Position numbers and translations under genes: made by a program. Source: Eledone cirrhosa (lineage: Eukaryota). Taken from it: a stretch of 64,000 nt of DNA. The stretch is taken from NCBI GenBank assembly GCA_964016885.1, contig CAXHJY010000315.1:10221-74220 (forward strand). The letters are read 5' to 3'. Positions 13,239 through 27,279 of the stretch are shown in pieces (positions within the stretch are counted from its first letter, which is position 1; each line of letters opens with the position of its first letter). The notes under the pieces were generated by a model that had not been told where the DNA came from, did not search any database, and was given only the letters and a program-made list of their open reading frames with translations.

Positions 13239-13508
13239 ATGTTGCGTCTGTTATATCTTCTGATAAAAATTATCAGAGATCTGACTGACGTTACAGTCAC
13301 ATTGAGTCTTACATGTCACAGTCACATTGATCCCTGTATCAAGAACTATAGATCAAATTGAATCCTGCACGAAGACAGGAAGAAATCAAAATTCTTTTAT
13401 GCCGACCAACATGAACATACGTGTGATGCATCGTTCGATTCCCCGAAAGCATTTCTCTCTACATTTTTTCTCTCTCCAGGGATTTAACTAGTAACATATC
13501 CATCTCTT

Positions 13509-13565
<57 letters not shown>

Positions 13566-13577
13566 CCCCCACACACA

Positions 13578-13623
<46 letters not shown>

Positions 13624-13687
13624 CCTCCCTCCGCTCAAACTAAACTTCAACATATAGTGTTTGTGAGTGTTGGAATGTGTGTATGTA

Positions 13688-13730
<43 letters not shown>

Positions 13731-14067
13731 GTGTGTGTGTGTGTATATATATGTGTGTATGTGTATATATATGTGTATATATATGTGTATATATATGTGT
13801 GTGTGTGTATATAAATGTGTATATATATGTGTGTGTGTATATATATGTGTGTGTGTGTATATATATGTGTGTGTGTGTATATATATGTGTATATATATGT
13901 GTTTGTGTGTATATATATGTATATGTGTGTGTATATATATGTGTATATATATATGTGTGTGTATATATATGTGTATATATATATATATCTGTGTGTATAT
14001 ATATGTGTATATATATGTGTGTGTATATATATGGGTATATATATGTGTGTGTGTGTATATATATGTG

Positions 14068-14098
<31 letters not shown>

Positions 14099-14111
14099 GT
14101 ATATATATATA

Positions 14112-14179
<68 letters not shown>

Positions 14180-15097
14180 CAAAGATAGACTTATGTTGAG
14201 TAATATATATATAGAGAGAGCGAGCGAGTGTGTGAGAGTTTAATAATCTAACGTAATATATGAGAAATATGTAAGTATTCACAAATGCATAGATTGCGTT
14301 TCCAACCAAAAATAGAAATTTAGAAGTCTGCATAGAAATGAAGGTGAACTACTAAAACGAAATTTGGCAATGTTGTAGTGTGACTGATATTGAATAAATA
14401 ATAATTAGTATTATTATCATAACAGAAAAAAGATGTGAGTGGTGGACATAAATTGAAACATTCCACCACAAATAGAGAGAGGGGGGAGAGAGAGAGGAGG
14501 GGGGAGTGTGTCAGATTGAAGTCGGTGGTTTGTGTGTGTGTGTGTGCTTGAGAGAGGGGAGGGAGAAAGAGAGAGTGGTACAGAGAGAGAGAAATAGAAG
14601 TCGGTGGTGTGTGTTTGTGTATGTGTGCGTGTATGTGTGTATGTGTGTAAATGCGTGTGTATCTGAGAGAGAGAGTGTGTGTGTGTGTGTGTGGAACAGA
14701 GAGAAAGAGAGAAATGGAAGTCGGTGATGTGTATGTGTGAATGTATATGTGTGTCTGAGAGAGAGAGAGAAAGAGGTGCGTGTGTTTGTATATGTGTGTG
14801 TATGTATGCGTGTGTATGTGAGAGAGAGAGAGGGGTGGAAATAGGTGTTGTGTGTGTGTTTGTGTATGCGTGTGTGTGAGAGAGAGGGGGTGGGAATAGG
14901 TTGTGTGTGTTTGTGTATGTGTGTGTATGTATGCGTGTGTGTGTGTGTGAGTGTTTGTGAGTGTTTGTGTATGTATGTGTGAGATAGGAGTTTTGGCTGA
15001 TGAAACTGTGGCGTTGGAAAGAGATGGATTGATGGAAAAAGAAAGAAAAAGAGAGGACATGGAAAGAGAGAATAATGGGAGTGGTTAGAGGAGAGAG

Positions 15098-15145
<48 letters not shown>

Positions 15146-15180
15146 ATATATGTATGTATATTGATATATGTATGTATATT

Positions 15181-15247
15181 GTCAAGTATGAAATTTGTAG
15201 AAATTTGTGGAGGTTTTCTACAAATTTCTACAAATTTCATACTTGAC
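15181..15247. repeat. Near-perfect 31-bp-arm hairpin in TA-rich context
   Basis: GTCAAGTATGAAATTTGTAGAAATTTGT / ACAAATTTCTACAAATTTCATACTTGAC. Confidence 0.85.
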
Positions 15248-16136
15248 GACCCAATATATATATATATATGTATGTATATAGTGTAAATAAAGTTTATACG
15301 TACATACAGACAGACATAAATACATACATACATAAATACATATATACATACATAAATACATATATACATACATACATACAGACAGACATAAATACATACA
15401 TACATAAACACATATATACATACATACATAAATACATATATACATACATACATATATACAGACATAGATATATATAGATATATACATAAATACATACATA
15501 CATACATACATACATACATGCATACGTATATACATACATACATACATACATACATAAATATAGACATACATATATACATACATAGATAAATACATACATA
15601 CATACACACATACATACATACATACATATACATACATACATATATACATACATGCATGCATGCATACATACATATATAGAGAGAGAGAGTCAATAAGGAA
15701 GTTAAGGTAGTGAAACTGTGGAGGTGTAGTAAGAGTCAGAAATACAAGGATAGAGGGGGAAGGAGGATTTAATGGGGAGGGGTGACAGAGAAGGAAAGAG
15801 AAAGAAAGTAAAGGGTGGAAGTTAAAATAGAGGAGTGTGTGTGTGTACGTGTATGTGTGTGTGTGTGTGTGCGTGCATGTGTGTGTGGTGTATATGTATG
15901 TGTGTGTGAGTGTGTGGGCATGTGTGTGTGTGTGTGTGTGAGTGTGTGTGGTGTGTGTGTGGTGTGTATATGTGTGTGTGTGTGTGAGTGTGTGTGTGGT
16001 GTATGTGTGTGGTGTGTGTGGTGTGTGTGGTGTGTGTGGTTTGTATATGCGTGAGTGTGTGTGTGTGTGGTGCGTCTGTGTGTGGTGTGTGTGGTGTGTA
16101 TATGTGTGTGTGTGAGTGCGTGTGTGGTGTGTGTGT

Positions 16137-16208
<72 letters not shown>

Positions 16209-16617
16209 AGTGTGTGTGTTAGAAAGTGGAAACTATGGAAAGGCGTCATTGGAGTACAGTGAATATAGAGTTTGAAATGAGGCTGGAAATAGAGAGAGAG
16301 AGAGAGATGGAGAGTTTGATTGTAATAGAGTGAGAGAGGAAGGAAATGGAGAGAGAGAGAGATGTATGAGAGGGAGTGAATATGGGTATGAGAGAGAGTG
16401 GGGGTGAGATAGAGAGAGGGTGAGAGGAAGGGAGTGGAGAGAGAGAAAGATACGAAGGAGAGTGAATAAGAGTGTGAGAGAGAACGACAGAGAGAGAGGG
16501 AGAGAGAGAGAGAGAGTGAGAGAGAACGACAGAGAGAGAAAGAGTGAGAGAGAGAACCACAGAGAGAGAATGATAGAGGAAGGAAGTGAATAAGAGTGTG
16601 AGGGAGAGTGAGAGAAG

Positions 16618-16878
16618 GATAGATATATTTCTTTATTAGCCACAGGGGCACAAAAGAAGGGGACAAATACAAAGGGGGAAGTTTACATACAATAAAAACG
16701 TGTAAAATGTTATCACAGATGGAATTTAAAAGTTAGTCGATTTTCCCCAATAGAGGGAGACAGTTCATATGGGTAACACATACCCCCGAAAAAAAATGTG
16801 CAACCCTCATCTCCAGGAGTACGAAGAGTTTGTACTCCTTTCCTCTCCTCCTCCTTTTCCTCAACCTACAGGCTGATA
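16618..16878 (-). mobile_element. L1/Tx1-like LINE 3' UTR
   Basis: Minus strand ends GTGGCTAATAAAGAAATATATCT; near-identical shorter copy at 32912-33093; embedded in (GA)/(TA) repeats. Confidence 0.6.
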
Positions 16879-17055
16879 TAGAGAGAAGGCCCATTCACTC
16901 GGGAGAAGGATAGATAGATAGAGAAGGATAGATAGATAGAGAGATAGATAGATAGATATATATATATAGAGAGAGAGAGATAGAAAGAGAGAGAGAGATT
17001 TAGAGATTGAGAGAGGAAGAAAGAGAGAGAGAGAGAGATGGATGGATAGACAGAC

Positions 17056-17086
<31 letters not shown>

Positions 17087-17199
17087 CAGAGAGAGAGATA
17101 GAGAGATAGATAAATAGATAGACAGACAGACATATATATATATATAGAGAGAGAGAGAGGGAGAGATAGAGAGATAGATAAATAGACAGACAGACAGAC

Positions 17200-17278
<79 letters not shown>

Positions 17279-17395
17279 TAGAGAGATAGATAAATAGATA
17301 AATAGATAGACAGACAGTCAGACATACAGACAGACATAGATATATATATAGAGAGAGAGAGAGGGGGAGAGAAAGGGATGGATGGATAGACAGAC

Positions 17396-17434
<39 letters not shown>

Positions 17435-17483
17435 TGGATAGAGAGATAGATAAATAGATAAATAGATAGACAGACAGACAGAC

Positions 17484-17521
<38 letters not shown>

Positions 17522-17569
17522 GGAGAGATAGAGAGATAGATAAATAGATAGACAGACAGACAGACAGAC

Positions 17570-17616
<47 letters not shown>

Positions 17617-17637
17617 GATGGATGGAGAGATAGACAG

Positions 17638-17668
<31 letters not shown>

Positions 17669-18195
17669 TAAATAGATAGATAGACAACAGACAGACATAC
17701 AGACATATATATATATATAGAGAGAGAGAGGGAGAAAGGGAGAGAGAGAGGGGGGGGTGCTTGGAAAAGGCGAAAGTGTTGTAAGTGGATATTAGAGGAA
17801 AAGTTATAAGAGTAGGAAATATGAGAATGACGGATGAAAAGAAAGAACGAAAAGTAGCTTGAGGTTGTTGAGAGAGGGTATAAGAAAGATAGAGAGTGAT
17901 ACAGAGATAGGTAGAGAGAGGGGGGTAGAGAGAGTGTAGAAGAGGAGGTGGAACGAGTTGAGGGGGTGTGGGAGGAGGTGCAAGAGAAGGAAAGTAGAGT
18001 TGGAAGTGATTTCTGACTTCAGAGAAGGAGAGTTGGAGAAAGGGGAAGGTATTGAGTTAAGATTTTAATTAGGAGGCTATAATTTATTTTGATTTCTGCA
18101 GTTGTGGAATAGAAGTGGTAGGGTGGGTGTGGACTGTGTAGTGGATGTCCGTTGTCTAGTGGTTGCTTTCTCTAACTAGCTTCTATGGCTGTGTG

Positions 18196-18228
<33 letters not shown>

Positions 18229-18289
18229 TTGGGTATGTGATTTGTGGCTCTGTGTGTGTGTGGGTAGAGGGCATGGGTGTATATAAATA

Positions 18290-18435
18290 TATATATATAT
18301 ATTTATTTATTTATTTTGTGTATATATATATATATCTATATATATAATGCATATTTATATATATATATTTTTATTTATTTTGTATATATATATATATATA
18401 TATATATAATGCATATTTATATATATATTTATTTA

Positions 18436-18470
<35 letters not shown>

Positions 18471-18521
18471 TTATTTTGTGTATATATATCTATATATATA
18501 ATGCATATTTATATATATATA

Positions 18522-18562
<41 letters not shown>

Positions 18563-18738
18563 TTATTTTGTGTATATATATCTATATATATAATGCATAT
18601 TTATATATATATATTTATTTATTTTGTGTATATATATCTATATATATAATGCATATTTATATATATATATTTATTTATTTTGTGTATATATATCTATATA
18701 TATAATGCATATTTATATATATATATTTTTATTTATTT

Positions 18739-18796
<58 letters not shown>

Positions 18797-18817
18797 GCAT
18801 ATTTATATATATATATA

Positions 18818-18855
<38 letters not shown>

Positions 18856-18878
18856 ATGCATATTTATATATATATATA

Positions 18879-18921
<43 letters not shown>

Positions 18922-18985
18922 TTATTTTGTTTATATATATCTATATATATAATGCATATTTATATATATATATTTATTTATTTTA
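18290..18985. repeat. TA-derived minisatellite with recurring TAATGCATATTTATA and TTTATTTTGTG anchors
   Basis: Eight TAATGCATATTT anchors separated by variable (TA)n. Confidence 0.8.
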
Positions 18986-19141
18986 TATATATATATACAC
19001 ATGTATATATACATGTATTTATTTATATATGTGTGTCTGTGTCTAAATAAACATTTATCAAATTTTTCATACATTTCAAATTGATAAATATACTTCACCA
19101 TACCAAATTTATCAAATAATATATTTCTATATGTGAATATA

Positions 19142-19180
<39 letters not shown>

Positions 19181-19323
19181 ATATATATATATATGCGTGT
19201 GTGTGTGTGCATGTATGTATGAGTATGTTTATATGAGTTTATGTATCTGTTCGTAAGTGTACATTTACGTGGAAGTGTATGTGTGTGTGTGTGTGTGTGT
19301 TGAGTGTATACATGTGTGAGAGA

Positions 19324-19397
<74 letters not shown>

Positions 19398-19524
19398 CTG
19401 CTATGAACTGTATGTATTGTGTGTACATATCTGCCAATATACACGCCGGAAAGAGATTGCCATGCTTGTATATAAGGAATCTTTTCATATTTAGGAATGC
19501 AAGCATAAGCTCGCGTGTGTAAAA

Positions 19525-19593
<69 letters not shown>

Positions 19594-19595
19594 AC

Positions 19596-19640
<45 letters not shown>

Positions 19641-19771
19641 GAAATGTGTGTGTACAATAATTCATCCAGTTTAGTCAATTTGATATATATATATATACAT
19701 ACACATATTAGTTTGAAACATACATACATACATACATACATACATACATACATACACACATACATACACAC

Positions 19772-19810
<39 letters not shown>

Positions 19811-19892
19811 TACATACATACATACATACATACATACATACATACATACATACATACATACATACATGCATGCATACACACATACATACACA

Positions 19893-19924
<32 letters not shown>

Positions 19925-20739
19925 TACATACATACATACATACATACATACATACATACATACATACATACATACATACATACATACACGACTAGTTAGA
20001 AAATTACAAGTACAATCCGTTAATGGAACAGTAAAAATATTTAAAACATTTCAACAATTCTGCATCTAATGACTGCATGTACACATGTACAGATACAAAA
20101 CATATGAGCATGCCCACATACAACTCAAAACATACACATCCACACATACAAAAACATCCATATACCTGCTTATACACACATGCATGCATGCAGACATGCA
20201 TATATATCAACCTAGTTGATGTTGTTCCAATGAGAGAGTCTTGTGTCCATCTTAGAAACCGTCTCTCTCTCTCTATTGGCAAAAATTATAAAATTATAAA
20301 ACCAGAAGAGCATACAAACATACATACATACATGGTGGCTGCCAACTCGTTTTCGAGTACGGCCACTACTTTATATCCATGTAGGAGAACCCCTACCGAT
20401 GCGCTGAACGAGTGAGACTTTTTAGTCCAGCCAGCGACTTGAAAACTCTGGTACAAACACTACACTTGTGACAATTATTGACACATAGTGCAGGGCCCAT
20501 GGTACCATGTGACGACAAGTGCAGAGAGATCTCCAGATATAAAGCAATGTCTGTGCCGTGAAGCTTTTATAGTGAGCAAAGGCACTGCACAAAGCCAGTC
20601 CCACTCTCTTAACCAAGATGATATTTACCAAAAAGAACAAGTCAACATCATTGGATACCATCAGGGTTGCAGGTGTTATATCAGAGTTTTCCTTCTCCTA
20701 GAATTCTGCCTTGACAAAGGCTAAGGAGTCATTTCTCTC

Positions 20740-21250
20740 ATACATACATACATACATACATACATACATACATACATACATACATACATACATACATGAT
20801 GGCCGCAGACTCTGCTAAGAGTATTGCAATCGCTTGACAGATTCAGATGTGTGACGCTCCGATATGGCTTTTCAAGCCTGCTAGAGACTTGCACTCCTTC
20901 GCACATTGACGAAAACTATGGATCTCCCTGGCCTCAGGTCTTGCATCAGGTTGCCTGTGAACCTTCACAATACCGTGGAGATCATAATTCATTGGTTCTC
21001 TCTGAACATGGCTGCGTCTGTGACACCTGAGCCGAGATTTGCTCAAGCAAATCTTTCCACACTCTGGGCACACCAATTCAATGGAGACTCCGATCGTTAC
21101 GAGAGATACACCAGGGCATTGCTTACGCACATTCCGTTTGATCTTCTGGTGCTCTATGCGTCTGTCCTGAAAATTATGGACCCCATCATTCACCATTTCA
21201 CGCCAAGTTTTAATTTCAAGAGCTTCTATTTCCCAGTCAGCCACCATCAA
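20740..21250 (-). mobile_element. RTE-clade LINE 3' fragment with zinc fingers and (ATGT)n tail
   Basis: ORF 20843-21250 reads WEIEALEIKTWREMVNDG..CPECGKICLSKSRLRCHRRSH..CAKECKSLAGLKSH, a typical RTE ORF2 end, followed by a tetranucleotide tail at 20740-20797. Confidence 0.8.
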
Positions 21251-21267
21251 ACATACATACAGAAGAC

Positions 21268-21392
21268 CGATGGCTCAAACGACTGGTGGCTCAAGGGAAC
21301 GATGGCTCAAAGGAATGATGGCTCAAAGGGACGATGGCTCAAAGGGACGATGGCTCAAAGGAATGATGGCTCAAACGAAACTGGTGGAACCT
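21268..21392. repeat. 16-bp tandem repeat (GATGGCTCAAAGGRAY), about 7 copies
   Basis: Directly visible; ends in GAAACTGGTGGAACC. Confidence 0.85.
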
Positions 21393-21672
21393 AAAAATAA
21401 AAGTGGTATTGTTGTTTGAGATCACACATTAAACACATTCTCTGTTGCTGAAGTCAGCTGCCAGCTTGATATCAATGAGGCAAGAAAAATACAAGAGAAG
21501 GAGGATTCCTAGAGACCATTGATGGGGAGTTTGTAGATCCAGGATCCAAGACACTTGTTCAACTTCATATTTATCATTATTAGAACTACAAGACATAGAC
21601 GAAGCCACCTGGACCAAAGGATGTTCGGTAGCCTCTCTTTCAGCGTATGTGAAAACGTGAGAACATAAATCC

Positions 21673-21747
<75 letters not shown>

Positions 21748-21974
21748 GAGAGTATTGAAGTTTGCTTGAAGCATTGTGGAATAATAGGTAAATATCATTA
21801 AGTCGTTTGGAAGCCTCGACAATGCAAATAATGGGTAAATCTCCGGGTAACAAGATCCGGTGGTGGAGAGAGAGATGTAAGTGGGTGTACGTTGAGATGC
21901 GTGGTATGTATAAGACGTGTAGAGGAATGAAGGAAAGAGTATAAAGGATTAAATAAAAATATATAAAAATATAT

Positions 21975-22119
<145 letters not shown>

Positions 22120-22123
22120 TAAA

Positions 22124-22353
22124 TCCACCAATTAATGGTAGGGTCTAAACCGTATTAAGAACTCAATGTAATCCGTATGTAGAAGATGTCGTAAAACAAA
22201 GTTTAAAATACAAAATTTTCAACGATATAATTCATTGGATACAGAGTCAAAAATACAAACAGTAAAACAATGAAATTAAACAAAACACGGTTAATCCATG
22301 GTACAACTCGTGAATTAACCGTTTTTTTTGTTTAATTTCATTGTTTTACTATT

Positions 22354-22358
<5 letters not shown>
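22124..22358 (-). mobile_element. Fold-back family H (tail plus palindrome 22253-22358); duplicate at 23593-23827
   Basis: ATACAAACAGTAAAACAATGAAATTAAACAAAACACGGTTAAT / ATTAACCGTTTTTTTTGTTTAATTTCATTGTTTTACTATTTGTAT, then (TA)n. Confidence 0.75.
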
Positions 22359-22385
<27 letters not shown>

Positions 22386-22392
<7 letters not shown>

Positions 22393-22591
22393 ATACTTAG
22401 GGAGGGTCATGTTGCCAATAAGAAATACACGCACCAGATGCTTTCACTTCAATTTATTATAATAAATTGAAGTGAAAGCAACTGGTGCGTGTGTTTCTTA
22501 TTGGCAACATGACCCTCCCAAAGTATAACAATATCGGTTTCAACACACGTTTTCAGATAAAGAAGCTTGCTAAACAAATTCAGAAACGAAA
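22386..22591 (+). mobile_element. Fold-back family B, long copy; duplicate at 23855-24060
   Basis: ~74-bp arms with no spacer (centre AATTTATTA|TAATAAATT), 57-bp tail, (TA)n on both sides. Confidence 0.9.
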
Positions 22592-22680
22592 TATATATAT
22601 ATATATTTATATATATGTGGGGTGGGGGGTATATATGTATCTCTCTCTATATATACTATATATACATCCATATATATATA

Positions 22681-22867
22681 AATTGAGTCAGGACCCCGAC
22701 CGCTGAGCTCCGGCAGTTTCGACAGAGGTGTTCGGATCTAGCTGCCGAAACGGCCGGAGCTCAGCCGTCGGGGTCCTGACTCTTTTCCCATTACCCGCTG
22801 TACTACCCTTAGTATCGAGGACTCTGGTGCGTTATGGTCCACCTGATTTCTTACCACACTTTCTTTG

Positions 22868-22870
<3 letters not shown>
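22681..22870 (+). mobile_element. Fold-back family A copy, GAGTCAGG variant; duplicate at 24150-24339
   Basis: GAGTCAGGACCCCGAC..GAGCTCCGGC / GCCGGAGCTC..GTCGGGGTCCTGACTC plus tail. Confidence 0.9.
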
Positions 22871-22913
<43 letters not shown>

Positions 22914-22950
22914 TTATAAAACCATATTTATATATATATATACATATATG

Positions 22951-22988
<38 letters not shown>

Positions 22989-23142
22989 GAGAGAGAGGGT
23001 GTGCGGTGGTGGGACTGAGGAGACCCTTAATCATGGGGAGTACTCAATGCATGGGGAGATGCAGTATGTGTATAGAGATGTATATGTATATATATACGTA
23101 CATATATCATACATGTATATATACATATATGTATATATATAC

Positions 23143-23210
<68 letters not shown>

Positions 23211-23437
23211 GAGAGTATTGAAGTTTGCTTGAAGCATTGTGGAATAATAGGTAAATATCATTAAGTCGTTTGGAAGCCTCGACAATGCAAATAATGGGTA
23301 AATCTCCGGGTAACAAGATCCGGTGGTGGAGAGAGAGATGTAAGTGGGTGTACGTTGAGATGCGTGGTATGTATAAGACGTGTAGAGGAATGAAGGAAAG
23401 AGTATAAAGGATTAAATAAAAATATATAAAAATATAT

Positions 23438-23588
<151 letters not shown>

Positions 23589-23822
23589 TAAATCCACCAA
23601 TTAATGGTAGGGTCTAAACCGTATTAAGAACTCAATGTAATCCGTATGTAGAAGATGTCGTAAAACAAAGTTTAAAATACAAAATTTTCAACGATATAAT
23701 TCATTGGATACAGAGTCAAAAATACAAACAGTAAAACAATGAAATTAAACAAAACACGGTTAATCCATGGTACAACTCGTGAATTAACCGTTTTTTTTGT
23801 TTAATTTCATTGTTTTACTATT

Positions 23823-23861
<39 letters not shown>

Positions 23862-24336
23862 ATACTTAGGGAGGGTCATGTTGCCAATAAGAAATACACG
23901 CACCAGATGCTTTCACTTCAATTTATTATAATAAATTGAAGTGAAAGCAACTGGTGCGTGTGTTTCTTATTGGCAACATGACCCTCCCAAAGTATAACAA
24001 TATCGGTTTCAACACACGTTTTCAGATAAAGAAGCTTGCTAAACAAATTCAGAAACGAAATATATATATATATATTTATATATATGTGGGGTGGGGGGTA
24101 TATATGTATCTCTCTCTATATATACTATATATACATCCATATATATATAAATTGAGTCAGGACCCCGACCGCTGAGCTCCGGCAGTTTCGACAGAGGTGT
24201 TCGGATCTAGCTGCCGAAACGGCCGGAGCTCAGCCGTCGGGGTCCTGACTCTTTTCCCATTACCCGCTGTACTACCCTTAGTATCGAGGACTCTGGTGCG
24301 TTATGGTCCACCTGATTTCTTACCACACTTTCTTTG

Positions 24337-24382
<46 letters not shown>

Positions 24383-24419
24383 TTATAAAACCATATTTAT
24401 ATATATATATACATATATG

Positions 24420-24457
<38 letters not shown>

Positions 24458-24611
24458 GAGAGAGAGGGTGTGCGGTGGTGGGACTGAGGAGACCCTTAAT
24501 CATGGGGAGTACTCAATGCATGGGGAGATGCAGTATGTGTATAGAGATGTATATGTATATATATACGTACATATATCATACATGTATATATACATATATG
24601 TATATATATAC

Positions 24612-24706
<95 letters not shown>

Positions 24707-24784
24707 TATACTAATTTACTCTTTTACCTGTTTCAGCCATCCGGCTGAGGCCATGCTGGGGCACCGCCCTTATATATATATATA

Positions 24785-24878
<94 letters not shown>

Positions 24879-25327
24879 GAGAGAGAGAGGGAGATGCAGA
24901 CATACATTTATAAATGGCGACGAAAGTATGGCCATTGCAATGACATGTATGTATATCTTAATTTGTGCGTGGGTGTATAGGTATCTCAGATTTATATATT
25001 ATAATAACTTGCCTGCAAAAATATTGACCGTATACATATATATATATCTCCAAATATAGAGCAATGTGGGATGTAACGAAACTATACATATAATTTATGC
25101 AGACAATTTACTTGGATATATCCATCTACATCTAGAAATTTATTGATATCTACATGAATACAAACCATGTATCTGATGTACAACACCACGACATTACTAT
25201 GTTTCTCTGTAATATTTGAATTCTTTCTCGTTCCCTCTTCCTCCCAGATATTTATCTATACAGACGCACACCTATATATATATATATATATATGAACCTT
25301 TTTTGCACCTCTGTTTTTGTCTCCTTG

Positions 25328-25377
<50 letters not shown>

Positions 25378-25379
<2 letters not shown>

Positions 25380-25580
25380 CGAAGGAAATGTGGTAAGGAA
25401 CCAGATGGACCATAACGCACCAAAGTACTCAATACTTAGGGTAGTAGAGTGGGTAGTAGGAACGAGTAGGACCCCGACAGCTGAGCTCAAGCCGTTTCGA
25501 CGGCTAATTCTGGACTAATTAGCTAGTCCAGAATTAGCCGTCGAAACGGCTTGAGCTCAGCTGTCGGGGTCCTACTCGTT

Positions 25581-25584
<4 letters not shown>
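25378..25584 (-). mobile_element. Fold-back family A copy with perfect arms
   Basis: Tail, then TAGGAACGAGTAGGACCCCGACAGCTGAGCTCAAGCCGTTTCGACGGCTAATTCTGGACTA and its exact reverse complement. Confidence 0.92.
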
Positions 25585-25620
<36 letters not shown>

Positions 25621-25638
25621 CCTTTTTTATATATATAT

Positions 25639-25802
25639 AAGTTAAAACAATGAAATAAAAAATCAAGTCATTAGAGATATACTTCACTGCTTTACGATCG
25701 TTTCTAGATGATGATAATTCATCCTTACGGGGTCGATAAAATAAAGTACCAGTAATGCACTGGGTAATTGCTAGCCTTGTGCCTAAAGTAGCAACAATTA
25801 TT
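25639..25802. mobile_element. Chimera: minus-strand partial hammerhead element fused to a plus-strand SINE 3' half
   Basis: Minus strand GATGA..GAAAC-GATC-GTA (25693-25723); the SINE starts at TTCATCC (25718). Confidence 0.55.
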
Positions 25803-25852
25803 ACAACAATATAACCCTCCTCAAGTATAACTATATATATATATATATATAT

Positions 25853-26123
25853 ATTTAATACATTAACAGAGAAAGCCTTAAGCTATACTCTGACTGGCTT
25901 CCATCTCACTCAACAAACATTAGGATATACCTTAGTATAATCCCAATTTTACGTTTGGGGTGCTATCTATACGTATTTTGCGGATAGCCAGTTGTATTAT
26001 TTTATATGAGACATAATTAAAATACATCTCTCTTTCCAAACGATCGTTTCATTATAAGTTTTCTACAAATTGGGAAAATAATATCCAGGTTATGTAGAAG
26101 CCTACACATAGTCCGTAGGAATC
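25853..26123 (-). mobile_element. Family L, second copy
   Basis: Reverse complement of 12482-12750. Confidence 0.8.
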
Positions 26124-26156
26124 TCCCTATATCTCCCTATATATATATATATTAAC

Positions 26157-26295
26157 TATATGTTGGTAGTTTACCGACACCTCAGTATGCAGATTGGAGC
26201 ACTGGACGAAGTATGCAGGTTGGTTTGTTTACTCCGGAGTAATGTAAATTTATAATAAACGAAGCCAACTTTTACATATTTGACTTAATTATATT
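26157..26295 (-). mobile_element. Fold-back family E, collapsed diverged copy
   Basis: Reverse complement of the tail at 40163-40250 (TTACTCCGGAGTAA..ACTGAGGTG) plus an arm remnant AATAAACGAAGC..ATTTGACTT. Confidence 0.8.
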
Positions 26296-26331
26296 ATATA
26301 TATATATATATATATGTGTGTGTTTGTGTGT

Positions 26332-26594
26332 AAATGAAGTAATTCCGTCGGAAAAGTCCAGGAAAGAAGAGTGCTCTATGTAGGTAACAGAGCTTAATAG
26401 TTATGTAATAAACAACATAAGGCAATTATTTCATTTACCAGTGGTTTCTTAAAAGCAAAAAAAAATCTGCTTTCAATCATCAGGATTTGCTTTCAATCAC
26501 CAGGATTTTTTCATTCTGATGATTGAAAGCAAAATTGTTTTGCTTTTAAGAAACCACTGGTAAATGAAATAATTGCCTTATGTTGTTTATTACA

Positions 26595-26600
<6 letters not shown>
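26332..26600 (-). mobile_element. Fold-back family G with minimal hammerhead-like core
   Basis: Arms 26398-26485 and 26516-26600; CTGATGA-TT-GAAAGCAAAA..TTTTGC-TT from 26516. Confidence 0.8.
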
Positions 26601-26642
<42 letters not shown>

Positions 26643-26702
26643 CATATATGTATATATACATACATTATATATATATACACACACACACACATATATATAT
26701 AT

Positions 26703-26898
26703 AACGAAGGAGGTGTGGTAAGGAACCAGATGGACAATAACGCACTAGAGTACTCAATACTTAGGGTAGTAGAGTGGGTAATAGGAAAATGTTTAACCCC
26801 GACGGCAGAGCTCAAGCCGTTTCGACGGTTATTTCAGTTCTCAATCCAGAAATAGCCGTCGAAACGGCATGAGCTCTGCCGTTGGGATTAAACATTTT

Positions 26899-26902
<4 letters not shown>
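26703..26902 (-). mobile_element. Fold-back family A copy, AAAATGTTTAA variant
   Basis: TAGGAAAATGTTTAACCCCGACGGCAGAGCTC / GAGCTCTGCCGTTGGGATTAAACATTTTCCTA. Confidence 0.9.
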
Positions 26903-26942
<40 letters not shown>

Positions 26943-27091
26943 TATACATACATGATATACATATATATATATATATATATACATATTATACATATGTATA
27001 TATATATATAGGAAACTTTATAGTTTGAGGGAAATTTAGCTGCTATGAACAATATTTTGAATATCTTAAAGTGAAGAAGTTGGTATATTAT

Positions 27092-27279
27092 AACTGTTTC
27101 TACTTTAGGCACAAGGCCAGCAAAACACCCAGTGCATTACTGGTACTTTATTTTATCGACCCCGTAAGGATGGAAGGCAAAGTCAACCTCGGCGGGATTT
27201 GAACTCAGATCGTAAAGGGACGTAACTATGCTGGAAAGCATGGCGTCCGACTCTCTACCGATACTGCCAATCCACCGCC
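27092..27279 (-). mobile_element. Full-length SINE with target-site duplication
   Basis: Starts GGCGGTGGATTGGCAG on the minus strand; direct repeat TGGTATATTATAACTG at 27081-27096 and 27280-27295. Confidence 0.92.
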
